Part shown: in pieces, positions 21,421 through 34,260 of the stretch
How positions within the stretch are numbered: position 1 is the first letter of the stretch
Layout of the letters: each line of letters begins with the position of its first letter
From: an uncultured Methylomirabilota bacterium
Lineage (GTDB): Bacteria > Methylomirabilota > Methylomirabilia > Methylomirabilales > 2-02-FULL-66-22
NCBI GenBank assembly: GCA_963845565.1
Contig: CAWJSJ010000002.1
Location: forward strand, 544,001-608,000
Direction: 5' to 3'
DNA: 64,000 nucleotides
Made by a program: the position numbers and the translations under genes
Notes under the pieces: model-generated
What the model was told of the DNA's origin: nothing
What the model saw: only the letters and a program-made list of their open reading frames with translations
Database searches by the model: none

Positions 21421-22323
21421 TCAGCCTCCGGCTTGTCGGAGGGCTTCTGCGCCGCCGACGATCTCCAGCAACTCCCTGGTGATCCGCTCCTGGCGCGCCT
21501 TGTTGAAGTGAATAGTCAACAGGTCAATCATCTCCGAGGCGTTCCTGGTGGCGTTTTCCATCGCCGTCATGCGGGCGCCGTACTCGGCCGCCGCAGACTC
21601 CATCAGGGCGCGATAGACCTGCACCTCCACGTGCTTGGGCAGGAGGGTTTCCAGCACGGCGGCGGGCGACGGCTCGAAGAGGAACTCCACCCCTGCCGTC
21701 TCCTCCGGTTCGTCCGCCGACGGGATCGGCAAGAGCGTTTCGACCACCACGCGTTGCGAGGCGGCAGAGCGAAACTCGTTGTAGACGAGCTGGATCTCGT
21801 CGACCTCGCCCCCGGCGTAGGCTGCCGCCACGTCCTGGCCGATCTGGGCCGCATGGGCATACGCCAGCTTGTCGAAGAAGTTCACGTATTCGGAGCGCAC
21901 CGTGACGTTCGGGCGCCGCCGGTAGAAGTCCCGGACCTTGCGCCCCACCACGATCAAGGCGAGGCTCACGTCCGGGTTGTCCTGCTCGGCCCGCAAGAGC
22001 TCCACCGATCGCCGGATGATGTTGCTGTTGAACGCGCCACAGAGCCCCCGGTCGCCGCTGATGACGAGCAGGAGCTTCCGTGTCGTCGCCGTCAGATCTC
22101 GGTCGTCCACCCGTTCCCGGAGCAGGGGGTGCAACGCCCGCGGCGAGCGCGACGCCACGCTGGAGACCACCTCGCCCATGCTTCGGCAATACGGACGCGC
22201 CGCCAGGATCCGCTCCTGGGCGCGGCGCAGTTTGGCCGCGGCCACCAGCTTCATGGCGCGGGTGATCTGTTGGGTGCTCTTGACGCTGGCGATTCGCCGC
22301 TTGATGTCGCGCAGGGTAGGCAT
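21421..22323 (-). CDS. atpG: ATP synthase F1 gamma
   Basis: QITRAMKLVAAAK, DRGLCGAFN, RQERITREL. Confidence 0.97.
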   Translation of the reverse strand: MPTLRDIKRRIASVKSTQQITRAMKLVAAAKLRRAQERILAARPYCRSMGEVVSSVASRSPRALHPLLRERVDDRDLTATTRKLLLVISGDRGLCGAFNSNIIRRSVELLRAEQDNPDVSLALIVVGRKVRDFYRRRPNVTVRSEYVNFFDKLAYAHAAQIGQDVAAAYAGGEVDEIQLVYNEFRSAASQRVVVETLLPIPSADEPEETAGVEFLFEPSPAAVLETLLPKHVEVQVYRALMESAAAEYGARMTAMENATRNASEMIDLLTIHFNKARQERITRELLEIVGGAEALRQAGG

Positions 22324-22332
22324 TAGATCCTA

Positions 22333-22420
22333 TTTCGGATTGGCGGATGCGGAATGCGAAATGCGGGGCCTACCGCAGTCCGCGTTCCCCATTTCGCAAT
22401 CCGCAGTTCACATTCCGCAT

Positions 22421-22421
<1 letters not shown>
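22333..22421. repeat. Intergenic hairpin with 7-bp periodic arms
   Basis: tgcggaa/tgcgaaa/tgcgggg ... ccgcagt/ccgcgtt/ccccatt/tcgcaat/ccgcagt/tcacatt/ccgcatt. Confidence 0.8.
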
Positions 22422-23944
<1,523 letters not shown>

Positions 23945-23968
23945 CGTCTCCCCTGCTCCGCTGCGCGA

Positions 23969-24511
23969 CTAGGCGCGCACCAGCTCGTCCCGCAACCGCG
24001 CCAGCTGCATTCTCAGGCTGCCGTCGTAGACCCGGCTGCCGACCTGGCTCACCACCCCGCCCAGGAGGGTCGGGTCCTGCCGGAGCTCCAGATAGACATC
24101 CTTTCCCGTCACCTCACCGAGCCGGCGGCGCAACCGATCTTGCGCCTCGGTGTCCAACGGCGTGGCGGACGTCACCACTGCTTTCACTCGCCCGAGACGC
24201 TCGTCCATCAAGAGCTCGTAGGCCCGGAGGATTCCGGCCAGCCCGGCCAACCGTCCGCCGTCCAGCACGATCCGAAGAAAGGTGGCGGTGAGGGGCGTCA
24301 GCCGCATCGCGGCGCCGATGTCCGCGACGACGCCCGCCGCATCGCGGCGAGACACGCTCGGGTTGGCGAGAAACTGCCGCAGGTCGCGATGCTCTTTGAG
24401 CAGGTCCGCGAGCGCGCGGAGATCCTGGCGCACCGACTCGAGCTCGTCGGAGGCGGCGGCCACCTCCACCAGGGCCTTGGCGTACCGCTTGGCCACGGAT
24501 CCGGAAATCAA
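23969..24511 (-). CDS. atpH: ATP synthase delta
   Basis: VAKRYAKAL, DPTLLGG, YDGSLR. Confidence 0.93.
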   Translation of the reverse strand: MISGSVAKRYAKALVEVAAASDELESVRQDLRALADLLKEHRDLRQFLANPSVSRRDAAGVVADIGAAMRLTPLTATFLRIVLDGGRLAGLAGILRAYELLMDERLGRVKAVVTSATPLDTEAQDRLRRRLGEVTGKDVYLELRQDPTLLGGVVSQVGSRVYDGSLRMQLARLRDELVRA

Positions 24512-25107
24512 TTCTTGCCCCCCAGTTCACGCACGTACTGGTCGGCCAGCCGCTTCTGGTCGTCCCCGCCGATGGTCCGCCCCAGCAGCCTCTCGGCCAC
24601 CGCCAGGGCGATGCCCGCGGCCTCTTCCCGCAGGCCGGCCTTGGCCCGCTTGGTCTCGGCCTCGATCTCCGCCTTGGCGTTCCCCACCAGCCGGTCGGCC
24701 TCCGCCCGCGACGCCTGGAGCAGCCGCTGCCGCTCGGCCTCCACCTCGCGCTGTCCCTGCTCGCGGATGGCCGCGATCTCCCGCTGGGCTTCCCGCATCT
24801 GCGCCTGGTATTCCGCCTGGGCTTTGGCCGCGGCCTCGTGGGCTGCCTTGGCCTCTGCCAGGGACTTCTCGATGCCCGCGGATCGGTCCGCAAGGAATTT
24901 CGCGAGGGGCTTGAACAAGAATCTGGAGAGCAGGAAGATCAGGATGAGGAAGTTGATCGCCTGGATCAGCACCGTCACGTTGAGGTTGATGATTCCCGGC
25001 TCCTCGTGCTGGGCGGCCTCGGCCGCCAGGGCGATCCCGGGCAGGAACAGCACCAGTCCGGCGAGCCAGATCGCGAGGCGGCTGGCGAGCGAGTTCAGGC
25101 GTCTCAT
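24508..25107 (-). CDS. atpF: ATP synthase F0 subunit b
   Basis: QAINFLILIFLLSRFLFKPL followed by a coiled coil. Confidence 0.92.
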   Translation of the reverse strand: MRRLNSLASRLAIWLAGLVLFLPGIALAAEAAQHEEPGIINLNVTVLIQAINFLILIFLLSRFLFKPLAKFLADRSAGIEKSLAEAKAAHEAAAKAQAEYQAQMREAQREIAAIREQGQREVEAERQRLLQASRAEADRLVGNAKAEIEAETKRAKAGLREEAAGIALAVAERLLGRTIGGDDQKRLADQYVRELGGKN

Positions 25108-25170
25108 GGAGCCTCCAGGGCGGGGGGCGCCGCGGGTTTCGCGCCGCCCTTGCCCGATCCAACGACCCGC

Positions 25171-25545
25171 TCAGGCCATCGAGCGCAGTGCTCGGATCAA
25201 CCAGAGCACGACCATCGTCACCTGCGTGATCAGCAGACCGGCCACCAGGGCCGGGAGCGATACCCGAAGGACGAGTAGCGCCACGGCCAGCGCGACTCCG
25301 GATATCCCGAATCGGAAGAGCGCCCCCTTCCACAGGGTGGTGGCGGCGCGCTCCCCCCCCAGACCCGCGATTCCGCCGACCGCATGGGCGATCAACTGAA
25401 AGTTTCCGAGGCTGATCAGCGCTCCCACCGCGAAGCCGAAGGCCCACGCCCAGCGTCCCCAGGCTGCCAGGCCCACGACCGCCGCGCCCGCGACCGCCGC
25501 GGCGCCGAGCAGTGTTCCCCGGACAAAGGTAATTCGATCGTCCAC
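25171..25545 (-). CDS. atpI: ATP synthase protein I-like membrane protein (start uncertain)
   Basis: GFAVGALISLGNF...LFRF...ALVAGL; first gene of the atp operon; TTGACA-18-TAGCTT at 25673-25644. Confidence 0.7.
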   Translation of the reverse strand: MDDRITFVRGTLLGAAAVAGAAVVGLAAWGRWAWAFGFAVGALISLGNFQLIAHAVGGIAGLGGERAATTLWKGALFRFGISGVALAVALLVLRVSLPALVAGLLITQVTMVVLWLIRALRSMA

Positions 25546-25816
25546 GTCTGACTGCGGAGTGTGGGTCCAGGCGCCTCCGCGCGGCCGACCACTTGCCGCC
25601 GGGGAGTGCGCCAATTCCGCGCGAGGCCGGTGAAAAACGGTTCAAGCTACCACGGCAAGAAAAAAGGTGTCAAGGCATTTGGCCCGGATCCGGTGCCATT
25701 GACAGACCGTCGGCGGGCGGGCTATTCTGGACGCAATGGTTCTGTTCACCGGCCGGCCGTGCTCACAGCACGGAGCTTTGCGGGACATCGTTCGCCAGCG
25801 ACCAGAGGGGACGGGG

Positions 25817-26215
25817 ATGCAAAACCGGATTGTGGTTCGGTATCAAGACGGGCGCCTGCTCAAAGGCACCACCACGGACTTCCTCCCCACCAAGGACGTC
25901 TTCCACGTGGTGGTTGCCGGAGACCCGTCCGCCAAGCCCATGGAAGTGCGCGTTGGACATCTCAAGGCGGTCTTTTTCGTCAAGGACTTTTCCGGGAATG
26001 CGGAGTACGCCGAGCGGCGCACCTTCGAGTCGTCCAAGCCCGCGATGGGTCGGAAGATTCAGGTCGTCTTCAAGGACGGTGAGGTGCTCACGGGTACCAC
26101 CCAGGGCTACCAGCCCGGGCGGGCGGGCTTCTTCGTCTTTCCCGCCGACGCCAACTCGAACAACGATCGCTGCTTCGTCGTGTCCGCGGCCGTCAAAGAC
26201 GTGACCTTCGTCTAG
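25817..26215 (+). CDS. Conserved hypothetical protein with an internal duplication (DUF6982-like)
   Basis: IVVRYQDGRLLKG / IQVVFKDGEVLTG; LKAVFFVKDF; GFFVFPAD..SNN. Confidence 0.75.
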   Translation: MQNRIVVRYQDGRLLKGTTTDFLPTKDVFHVVVAGDPSAKPMEVRVGHLKAVFFVKDFSGNAEYAERRTFESSKPAMGRKIQVVFKDGEVLTGTTQGYQPGRAGFFVFPADANSNNDRCFVVSAAVKDVTFV

Positions 26216-26262
26216 CCCCACGCCGCGCCCGGCCTGAGCCGTTGTAAAAACGGGGTCGGGCC

Positions 26263-27276
26263 TCACAGCCCCTGCGGCAGGAGAGCCGATTTCGGCGGCT
26301 GCGTCGGAACGCGACTCAAGACATCCTCCAGAATCTGGTCGGCGTGAATCCCTTCCGCTTCGCCCTCGAAGGAGAGGATCAGGCGGTGTCGCAGCGCCGG
26401 ATAGATGACCGTCCGGATGTCGTCGAAGCTCACATTGAACCGCCCGTCCATCAAGGCGCACACCTTGCCGCCCATGACCAACGCCTGCGCGCCGCGCGGG
26501 GAGCTCCCGTATCGCACGAAGCGCCGCACCATGTCCGGGGCCCCCTCGCGATCCGGCCGCGTCGCGAGGATCAGTCGGCTCACGTACTCCTTCACCGGCT
26601 GCGGCACGGGGACTTCGCGGACCAGGTTCTTCATGTCCTCGACCTCCGGCCCGGCGGCGGCCTTTTGCACCGGGTGGGTTACCGGTTTCGTCGTCCGCTC
26701 GATGATCTCCGTCAGATCCTCGGCGCTCGGGTACTCCACCTTCAGCTTGAGGAGAAACCGGTCGAGCTGGGCCTCCGGCAGTGGATAGGTGCCCTCCATT
26801 TCGATCGGATTCTGCGTCGCGAGAACGAAGAACGGTCGCTCGAGTGAATGGTGTGTCCCGCCGACGGTGACGGACAGCTCCTGCATGGCTTCCAGGAGGG
26901 CCGATTGGGTTTTGGGCGTGGCGCGGTTCACCTCGTCCGCCAGAACGATTTGGCCGAAGATCGGACCCCGCTGGAAGCCGAAGTGCCTCCCCCCCGGGGT
27001 TTCCACCACGATATTGGTGCCCACGATGTCCGCCGGCATCAGGTCCGGCGTGAACTGGATACGCGAGAAGCGGAGGTCCAGCCCCTCTGCCAGCGTCTTG
27101 ACCAGCAGGGTCTTCCCGAGCCCCGGCACCCCCTCCAAGAGCGTATGCCCTCCGGAGAACAGGCAGATCAGGACCCCTCGCACGATCTCTGCGTGGCCCA
27201 CCACCACCTTGCCGATCTCGCGCGTAAGCGATGCGAACATGTGACGGAACTTCTCGGCGCGCTCTTCCGCGTGCAT
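26263..27276 (-). CDS. moxR: MoxR family AAA+ ATPase
   Basis: EGVPGLGKT, RIQFTPDLMPAD, DEVNRATPKTQSALLE, ATQNPIEMEGTYPLPEAQLDRF. Confidence 0.95.
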   Translation of the reverse strand: MHAEERAEKFRHMFASLTREIGKVVVGHAEIVRGVLICLFSGGHTLLEGVPGLGKTLLVKTLAEGLDLRFSRIQFTPDLMPADIVGTNIVVETPGGRHFGFQRGPIFGQIVLADEVNRATPKTQSALLEAMQELSVTVGGTHHSLERPFFVLATQNPIEMEGTYPLPEAQLDRFLLKLKVEYPSAEDLTEIIERTTKPVTHPVQKAAAGPEVEDMKNLVREVPVPQPVKEYVSRLILATRPDREGAPDMVRRFVRYGSSPRGAQALVMGGKVCALMDGRFNVSFDDIRTVIYPALRHRLILSFEGEAEGIHADQILEDVLSRVPTQPPKSALLPQGL

Positions 27277-27288
27277 GACACCCCCCTT

Positions 27289-27366
27289 GAGAGCCAAGAG
27301 CCGAGAGCCGAGTCAGGCGTTTCGGGGGCCCGCATCTCGGCTCTGGGCTCTAGGCTCTCCGCTCTA
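27289..27366. repeat. Intergenic hairpin with 7-bp periodic arms
   Basis: gagagcc/aagagcc/gagagcc ... ggctctg/ggctcta/ggctctc/cgctcta. Confidence 0.8.
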
Positions 27367-28803
27367 GTTTGGCTTTTCTCCTCGTTGCAGTTTCGCCAGA
27401 TGCTTGCGCGCGATATCCACCCAGTCCTTCTCCGACGGAAGGCTGGACGCCAGTTCGATATATCGCTCCCACTCCGCCATGGCCTTCTTCACGTCCACCT
27501 TCTCGTACGCCAGGGCCAAGCCGTAGGTGGCGCCCGGGTGGTTCTGCTCCAGCGTGAGCACGAGCTGGTATCGTGCCACGGCCTCCTGGTACAGCCCCTT
27601 CTCCTCGTAGAGCTCGCCCAAGCTCAAGTGTGCCTCGAGCAGCTTGGGGTCCATGGCGATGGCCTGCTGATACGCGGCGACGGCTTCGTGGTAGAGCTGT
27701 TTCTCGTTGTAGTAGATCTTCCCCATGCCGAGATAGACCCGCGCGTTGGCGGGCTCGATCGCCAGCGCCTTCTTGTATTCGTCGATCGCCTCGTCGAACT
27801 GCCCCTTGGCCTGTCGGGCGTCCCCCAGACCGACACGCGCCTCGGCGTAGTCCGGCCAGATCTCCAGCGCCGCCGCATACGACTGGACGGCCTGGTCATA
27901 GAGGCGGCGAGGGCTGTTGACCAGCATGTCGCCCAGCCACTTGTGGGCCTCTGCGAGCTTGGAATTGAGCTGAATCGCCTTGCGGAATTCCTGCGAGGCT
28001 TTCCACCGGTTGCTCGGATTGCCCGTCGTGCTGGTGGCGTACAGGGCCGCCCCCAGCGCCACGCGGGCCTGGGCGAAGTTCTGGTCCGCTTCCAGGGCCT
28101 TGGTGAACAACGCGACCGCCCGCCCGGAAGCCTCCTTGGTCCCCTGGCCCTGTTCCCAGGCCGCTCGCGCGTAAAGGGTGTAGGCCTCCACGGAGGCCGT
28201 CCCGCCGGCGAATGCGGTTTCCAGTCGGCGCTCGTCGAACTCCGTCGGGCGCACCTGGAAGTGCTGCAAGGCGTGGGTGAGGATGCGGCCCGACGTCGCC
28301 AAGACGTCGCGGGCGGGGCCGGCGATCGTTTCCCCCGGAATGACCCGGCCCGGACCGGCAGTATCCACGAGGCGAGCCTGGATCGTCACGGTCTCGCCCT
28401 CGACGGCGAAGCTCCCGGCGATCAGCCCCCGAACCTGGAGCTCACGCGCAAGTCGAATCAGCGCATCGTCCGCCAACCCGTCCGACAGCGCGAGGCCCAA
28501 GCGTCCCGACGCCCCCACCATCTCCTCCGCGTCCACGGTGCGGACTGCGCGCAGTTGCCTCAAGGCGTCGTGGATGGCTTGCCGGGGCGCGGCCCCGTAC
28601 CCCTCCGGAAGCGTCGCCGCCGACCCCGTGAAAGGAGCCACCGCCAACCGAGGTTTGGTCGGGGCCGGCGCGACCGCCTGACCCGCGAGGCTGACACCCG
28701 ACAGCGCCCCCACCAGACCGAAGGCCATCGCCGCCGCCAGCCGAGGAAGGCGAGATCGCGGCGCGTCGATTCTGGTACCCCCCCACCCATCGCGCATCCA
28801 CAT
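27364..28803 (-). CDS. Exported TPR protein with a TolB-N/CsgG-like N-terminal domain
   Basis: Signal peptide, RLAVAPF...IAGSF...IQARLVD, then many TPRs; GAGGAGG RBS. Confidence 0.85.
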   Translation of the reverse strand: MWMRDGWGGTRIDAPRSRLPRLAAAMAFGLVGALSGVSLAGQAVAPAPTKPRLAVAPFTGSAATLPEGYGAAPRQAIHDALRQLRAVRTVDAEEMVGASGRLGLALSDGLADDALIRLARELQVRGLIAGSFAVEGETVTIQARLVDTAGPGRVIPGETIAGPARDVLATSGRILTHALQHFQVRPTEFDERRLETAFAGGTASVEAYTLYARAAWEQGQGTKEASGRAVALFTKALEADQNFAQARVALGAALYATSTTGNPSNRWKASQEFRKAIQLNSKLAEAHKWLGDMLVNSPRRLYDQAVQSYAAALEIWPDYAEARVGLGDARQAKGQFDEAIDEYKKALAIEPANARVYLGMGKIYYNEKQLYHEAVAAYQQAIAMDPKLLEAHLSLGELYEEKGLYQEAVARYQLVLTLEQNHPGATYGLALAYEKVDVKKAMAEWERYIELASSLPSEKDWVDIARKHLAKLQRGEKPN

Positions 28804-28910
28804 GTTCGTGCCCTCCTCGATGCCCACGCGTTTCGGCGGCGGCTCCGCCGTGTGTCGCGATGCGACCGCGGCGTGTCCCCGACTCCTCGTCGGTGCTGCC
28901 CCGCCCGCCC

Positions 28911-31900
28911 TCATCTGCGTCGCCCGCGAGATCCGAACCGGCCCGCCATCGGGGAATTCTGCGTTCCACCGGAACCCGCCCGTATCCATCCCGCGCCGCT
29001 CGGCGGCATCTCGCGCGGCGCTCGGGGCGGGCCTGCCCGTCGCAACCAAAAACGGCGCAAGGCGATATCCGGCAGGAACAGGAGCAGCGCCACGCCCAGG
29101 AGATATGGCCAGGCGTCCACCCTGACGCGGGCCTGCCGTCGATTCTGGGTGAACACTTGCGCCGGCGCGCTCGGCACCGCCCCGCCGGAGATGGTGACCA
29201 GGTCGCGCAGCAACCCGTCGTTCACCGCCAGGGCCCGATGTTCCGGGGAATACGGCACCACCAGGGACGCCACCTCCGATCCGAGCAGCTTCTGGTCCTT
29301 CCGCTCCGACACGCCCACCAGGTACGCCCCCTGGTCGGCGGCCTCGAAGGCGCCCCGGTACCTTCCCGGACCCACCTGGGCCAGCGGAAGGACCTGCCGG
29401 GTCTTGTCGGGCAGCACGACCCCGGTATTCGCCTCGACGAAGTTGATGAAGTCTCCCTTCTCGTCCACGGCTTCGAGCTGGATCTCTCCCCGCCCTTCGT
29501 GCTGGACGACCGAGGCCACGACCTCGCGTCGTTGCGTGGTCCGCAGGCTCCAGCGCAGCATTTGCCCGAAGAGTTTGTTGTACTCGTCCCACTTGACCCA
29601 GAGGACTCCCCATTTCGCCTTGGCGTCCGAGGTGAACGCCACCGACCGGCCCAAGCCGTATCGCCAGGCCGCCAGGACGGGATCCCGCTGGTGGGACAGG
29701 AGGAGCACGTCGGCGGTCGGTTTCGGCGTGGCGGAGACATAGCCCCCGAGAGGCGGGGCCTGGTCCCAGCGGATATCCTGGACGATCTCGTGGCTCCCGT
29801 GGCTGAGCACCGGCCTGAAGGCCTGCTCGATGATCGAGGCTTTGCTGGCAAGCTGCGTCTCGAGGGTCAGGATGCGCGGGATGCTGTAGACGTCCTCCGT
29901 GTAATAGAAGCGGCCGCGGCCCCAGCGGCTGATGTCGGTCATAAACCGGACGTCCGAATCCTTGCCGATGGCCACCGAGGAGACGCTGATCTTGTCCTTC
30001 TGCATGCGCCGCACGAGGCCGGCGAAATCCGCCGCCGTCACCTCGCCGTCGGAGAGAACCAAGACGTGCCGCAGGAGCGCCTTCCGGTCGTAGACCGCCT
30101 GGTACGCCTCTTTGAGGGGCGGAAAGAGGTCCGTCCCACCGCCCGCCTTGATGGTGGCGATCTCGCGGATGATCCGGTCCTTGTCCCGGGCCGGACCCAT
30201 CGGGACGACCCAGCTCCAGGCGGTGTCGAAGGCGATGACGCCGACCTCGTTCCGATCGTCCAGCAGTTCCACCACGAGCTGGGCCGCCTCCTTGGCCAGG
30301 TCCAGCTTGGAGAGGCGGCTATCGATGCTGGTCTCCATGCTCCCCGACCGATCCAGCACCAGGACCACCGCGAGGGAGGGGATCTCCACCTTTTGCCGCG
30401 CCTCCATGGTCACCGGCAGCGCCTCTTCCACCGGCGTGTGGTAGTATCCGCCCACCCCAAAGCTCTCCTCCCCGCCCAGCATCACCAGGCCGCCCCCGTG
30501 ATCTCGGACGTAGGTCCGCACCAGCTCCATCTGTCGCTTGCTGATCCGCAAGGCCGAGACGTTGCTCAGGATGACGGAATCGTACTTGTTGAAACCGTCC
30601 AGGGTGGTCGGCAGCGCCTCGGGTCCGACCATTTCCACCTGGAGATTCTGGGACTTGAGCGCGTTCAGGAGGTTGACTCCCTGGTCCCGGTCCTTTTCGA
30701 CGTACAGAACGCGGGGCCTGCCGCGCACCGCCACGAGCCCCATCCCCCGGTTGTTCTCCTCGATGACGTCGTCCGGCGCCTCCAGGCGCGCCTGAAACAT
30801 GTGGAAGCCGCCCTGGTCAATCGCCTGCTGGTAGGAGAAGACGTTCTTTCCGGCGGCGAGTTTCACCGGCTGAGCGCCCACGAACGTGCCGTCGCGGTAG
30901 AGCGGACAGGCGGCCGCTGGTCTCCCGGGCGCTCCACGCGACCACGCGCACCAGGAACGACTCCCCGAATTTTACCTCCTGAGGGAGGACCAGTCGCTCG
31001 ACGAGCACCTCGCCTGCGTACTCGTTCTTCATCGGGACGGCATAGATGTCCGCCCCGCCCGCCCGGGCAAGCTGGGCGGCGTCGCGGGCGCCGCCCCGAT
31101 TCTCGTTCCCGTCGCTCAAGAGGACGATCCGCCGCGCTCCCTCCTGCGGGAATGCCGCCAGGGCCAACTTCAGCGCCGCGCCGATGTTGGTCCCGCGCCC
31201 GTCGCCCGCCTGCGGCGGCTTCGCGGGAAGCGGTTCGCGGCCGACGGGGGTCTCCAAGACGGGACTCGCGCCGAAGGTGACGACCCCGTAGCGGTCTTGG
31301 GGACTGGCGCCCCGGATCGCCTCCGCCACGTACTGGCGGGTGCGCGCGCGGTTTTCGAGCGACACGCTATCCGAGCCGTCCAGCACGAATAGCACGGTCT
31401 GGGCGTCCGTCGAGCGGTGGAGATCAAAGCCCAGCAGGCCCCCGACGATGCAGAGCAGCACCGCCAGGCGAAACGCGGCGGCGGCCCACGGCCAGCGTCC
31501 GCGGACTTCGCGATGATAGAGGGCCCCCTCGAGGAGCAAGAGCGCGATCGCGGCGAGCGCGCAGACTTTCCAGAGGTCCTGCCGCGAGGGAAAGAGCGCC
31601 GACGCGTCCTCGGCCCGTCGCGCTTCGGCCCGCCCGGCGACCCCTTGGGCATGCACGCCGACGTTCGACTCGGCATCGTCCAGGAGGTTCACGACAAACC
31701 GCTGCTCCCACCCGTCGGCCGTCACGGTATAGATGCCGGCGCTGGTGGTGTCCACGTAGCTCACCCGGCTATCCGCGTCCGCCTGGAGCGCGTGCTTTCG
31801 GCCGGCCGGGTCCGTCAGGGTGGCCATGCCGGCCCCGGCGGGCAGGGCGGCGGCCAGCGTCTGGCCGGCGCGAAGCTGCAGGCCCGCATCCTCGAGGCGG

Positions 31901-33348
31901 CTCGGCGAGAGCCATCGCAAGGCGTTCGAGACGAACAGCGGAAATGCCACACGCAGCGGAAGGTCCGTCCGGTACAGGTCGAACCCGAGGAAGATGGCCT
32001 TGACGCCTCCCTCGTCCATCGCATAGATCAGCGGCGTCAGATTGGATTCCACCAGGGCGCGTCCGCCCCCCAGGGGCCGGACTCGCATCGCTTCCTGGAT
32101 CGCGACCTTGGACAGGTCCAGGTAGCGCATGGCGGGATGGGTGCGGTCCCAGTCCACGATCGGGGGGTCCTGGACCTTTCCCTGCACCTCCAGCGGCACG
32201 CCCTCCGGCACGGTGTTCACGAACAGATAGCGTCCAGGGGGAAGGCGCTTGACCTGGACCCCATCGATGATCGCCACGTCGAACGGGGGCTTCTTCTCCA
32301 GGAGCTCCGGCCCCCCGGTCTCCACCTTCAACTGCGAGTCCGCGGCCAGGGCCTTTTCCAGGAACGCGTTTCCCCCGCTGATGAGCAGGACGCTGAGCGG
32401 GCGCGGCGCGGGCAGAATGGCCTGGGCCTGGTTGTCCACCGCGAGATCGTCGTCCACGGCGATCGCCGCCTTGAGGATACCGCCCTCGGGGTCCACGAAG
32501 GGGAAGACGAGGGAGCGCTTGAGTTCCGGCGTGAGCGTGACCCGCTCGGTTTTGATCGGCCGGCCGGCCAGCGTGAGCGTGAGGTCGAACGACACGGTCT
32601 CGGTGCTGAAGTTCGCCACCGAGAGGAACGCCTGGTAGTCGAACGCCCCGAAGAAGGTCTTGCGCGCCTCGAAGGCCGTGATGGCGATGTTCCTGCCGCG
32701 GGTACCGAAGCGGTGCCAGTGGACCGCCGCGCCGCCCATGTCGGGCACGCTGGGCGGCTCGAACGCCCCGTCGGTGAACACCTCGACGGCGGCGGTGCCG
32801 CTGCGCACCTGCAGGTTCGCCTGGGCGAGGCGGAGCGCGTCTGGGAGCCGCCCGGGGACATCGAGCGCGGCGAGGCCGGCGAGGCCGCGCCGGAGCGTCT
32901 CACGATCGTCCGTGAACGGAACCACCACCTGGGCGTCCTGCGCGGAGGCGACGAGCATGGCCTGCTGGCCCGCCCCCAACGTGGCGATGGCGGCCGCGGC
33001 GGCGGCCTTGGCCGCCGCCAAGCGCGACCCGGCGACGTCGGTCGCCTGCATGCTGGCCGACACGTCGAGGATGAGGACGGTGCGCTCGTAGCCGGGGACC
33101 AAGACGGTGCGGACGGGCCGGGCGAGCGCCAGCGCCAAGAGCAGGATGGCCAGGATTTGCAGGAGCAAGAGCCAGGTCGGCTTCAGCCGACGGAAAGGGG
33201 CGCTGGCCTGCTGGTCTCGCAGGCTATCCGTCCACAGGAGGGTGCTGCTCACGAGCGCCTGGCGACGACGGATCTTGAGCAGATGCAGGAGGATGACGGC
33301 CGGAACGCCCAGCAGGAAGAAGAACGCCGCCGGATTGAGAAAGCTCAT
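28911..33348 (-). CDS. Large BatA/VWA multidomain membrane protein with a GATase-like domain; one frameshift near 30905
   Basis: BatA N-terminus (LLHLLK...VSSTLLW); MIDAS motifs DVSASM, DGSDS, DRSGSM; GGGLVMLGG..SFG; LSLYRDG restored by removing one base. Confidence 0.8.
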
Positions 33349-34235
33349 CGCAGAAAACCGCCGCGCCGCAGGTGGCGCAGAATCAGGTCTTGAAAGGGCA
33401 CCGTGGTGGCGGTGCGTAGGTAGTCGATCCCATGCCGGGCGCAGAAGCGTTCGGCCTCGTCGAAGTGCGCCTGCAGCCGCTCGCGATATCGGTCCAGGGC
33501 CCAGCGGTCCACGCTGACCTCGCGCGCGCTCCCCCCTTCGGCATCCACCAGCGTGAGGTCCCCGCCCAGGGACGGGTTCAGCTCTTCCTCACTCACCACG
33601 TGAAGCACGAAGACCTCCAAGCGGCGCTGCAAGAGCGCCTTGAGGCCGTCGGCATAGCCGCCCGGATCCAGGAGATCCGTCAACACGACGGCAACGCCGG
33701 GCACGCGGCTCTTCAAGGCATACCGGGCGAGGCACGGAGTCAAGGCGGTGGCCCCGCCGGCCTCGACGCCGGAGAGGAAATCGAGAATCGGCAGGATCTG
33801 GCCGCGGCCGCGCATGGGGCGGAGCACGCGTGTGGCGTCCTGGGAGAAGACGCCGAGCGCCACGCGCTCGAGATTCGCGAGGCTGATGTATCCCAGGGCC
33901 GCAGCCACCTGCAGCGCGTAGTCCAGCTTCGACGGCGCGCCGAACCCCATCGAGGCGCTCCCGTCCAGCAGAAGGTGGAGGCACATGTCCTCCTCCTCCA
34001 CGTACAGCTTGAGGAGCAGCTTGTCCAGGCGGCTGTAGATGTTCCAGTCCACGTAGCGCAGGTCGTCGCCCACCGCGTAGGGGCGATAGTCCATGAACTC
34101 GACCCCGGAGCCCTTCCGCAGTGTGCGCCGCTCGCCCTTGGCCTGGCCGGTCCCGACCCGGCGGGACACGATGGAGAGCGCGTCGAGTCGCTTTAAAAAA
34201 TCCTGGTCGAAGAGGCGTCGGGTCACGTGGGCCAT
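33345..34235 (-). CDS. DUF58 domain protein
   Basis: GSGVEFMDYRPYAVGDDLRYVDWN; LLDGSASM. Confidence 0.93.
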   Translation of the reverse strand: MAHVTRRLFDQDFLKRLDALSIVSRRVGTGQAKGERRTLRKGSGVEFMDYRPYAVGDDLRYVDWNIYSRLDKLLLKLYVEEEDMCLHLLLDGSASMGFGAPSKLDYALQVAAALGYISLANLERVALGVFSQDATRVLRPMRGRGQILPILDFLSGVEAGGATALTPCLARYALKSRVPGVAVVLTDLLDPGGYADGLKALLQRRLEVFVLHVVSEEELNPSLGGDLTLVDAEGGSAREVSVDRWALDRYRERLQAHFDEAERFCARHGIDYLRTATTVPFQDLILRHLRRGGFLR

Positions 34236-34260
34236 GCGTCACCGTCCGGCCGTGGCGGCC

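Noticed and set aside
26848..31280. Very long plus-strand ORFs (964 aa, 806 aa) and similar ORFs antisense to atpA and gyrB
   Set aside because: Shadow ORFs of high-GC genes on the opposite strand, with no recognisable motifs.
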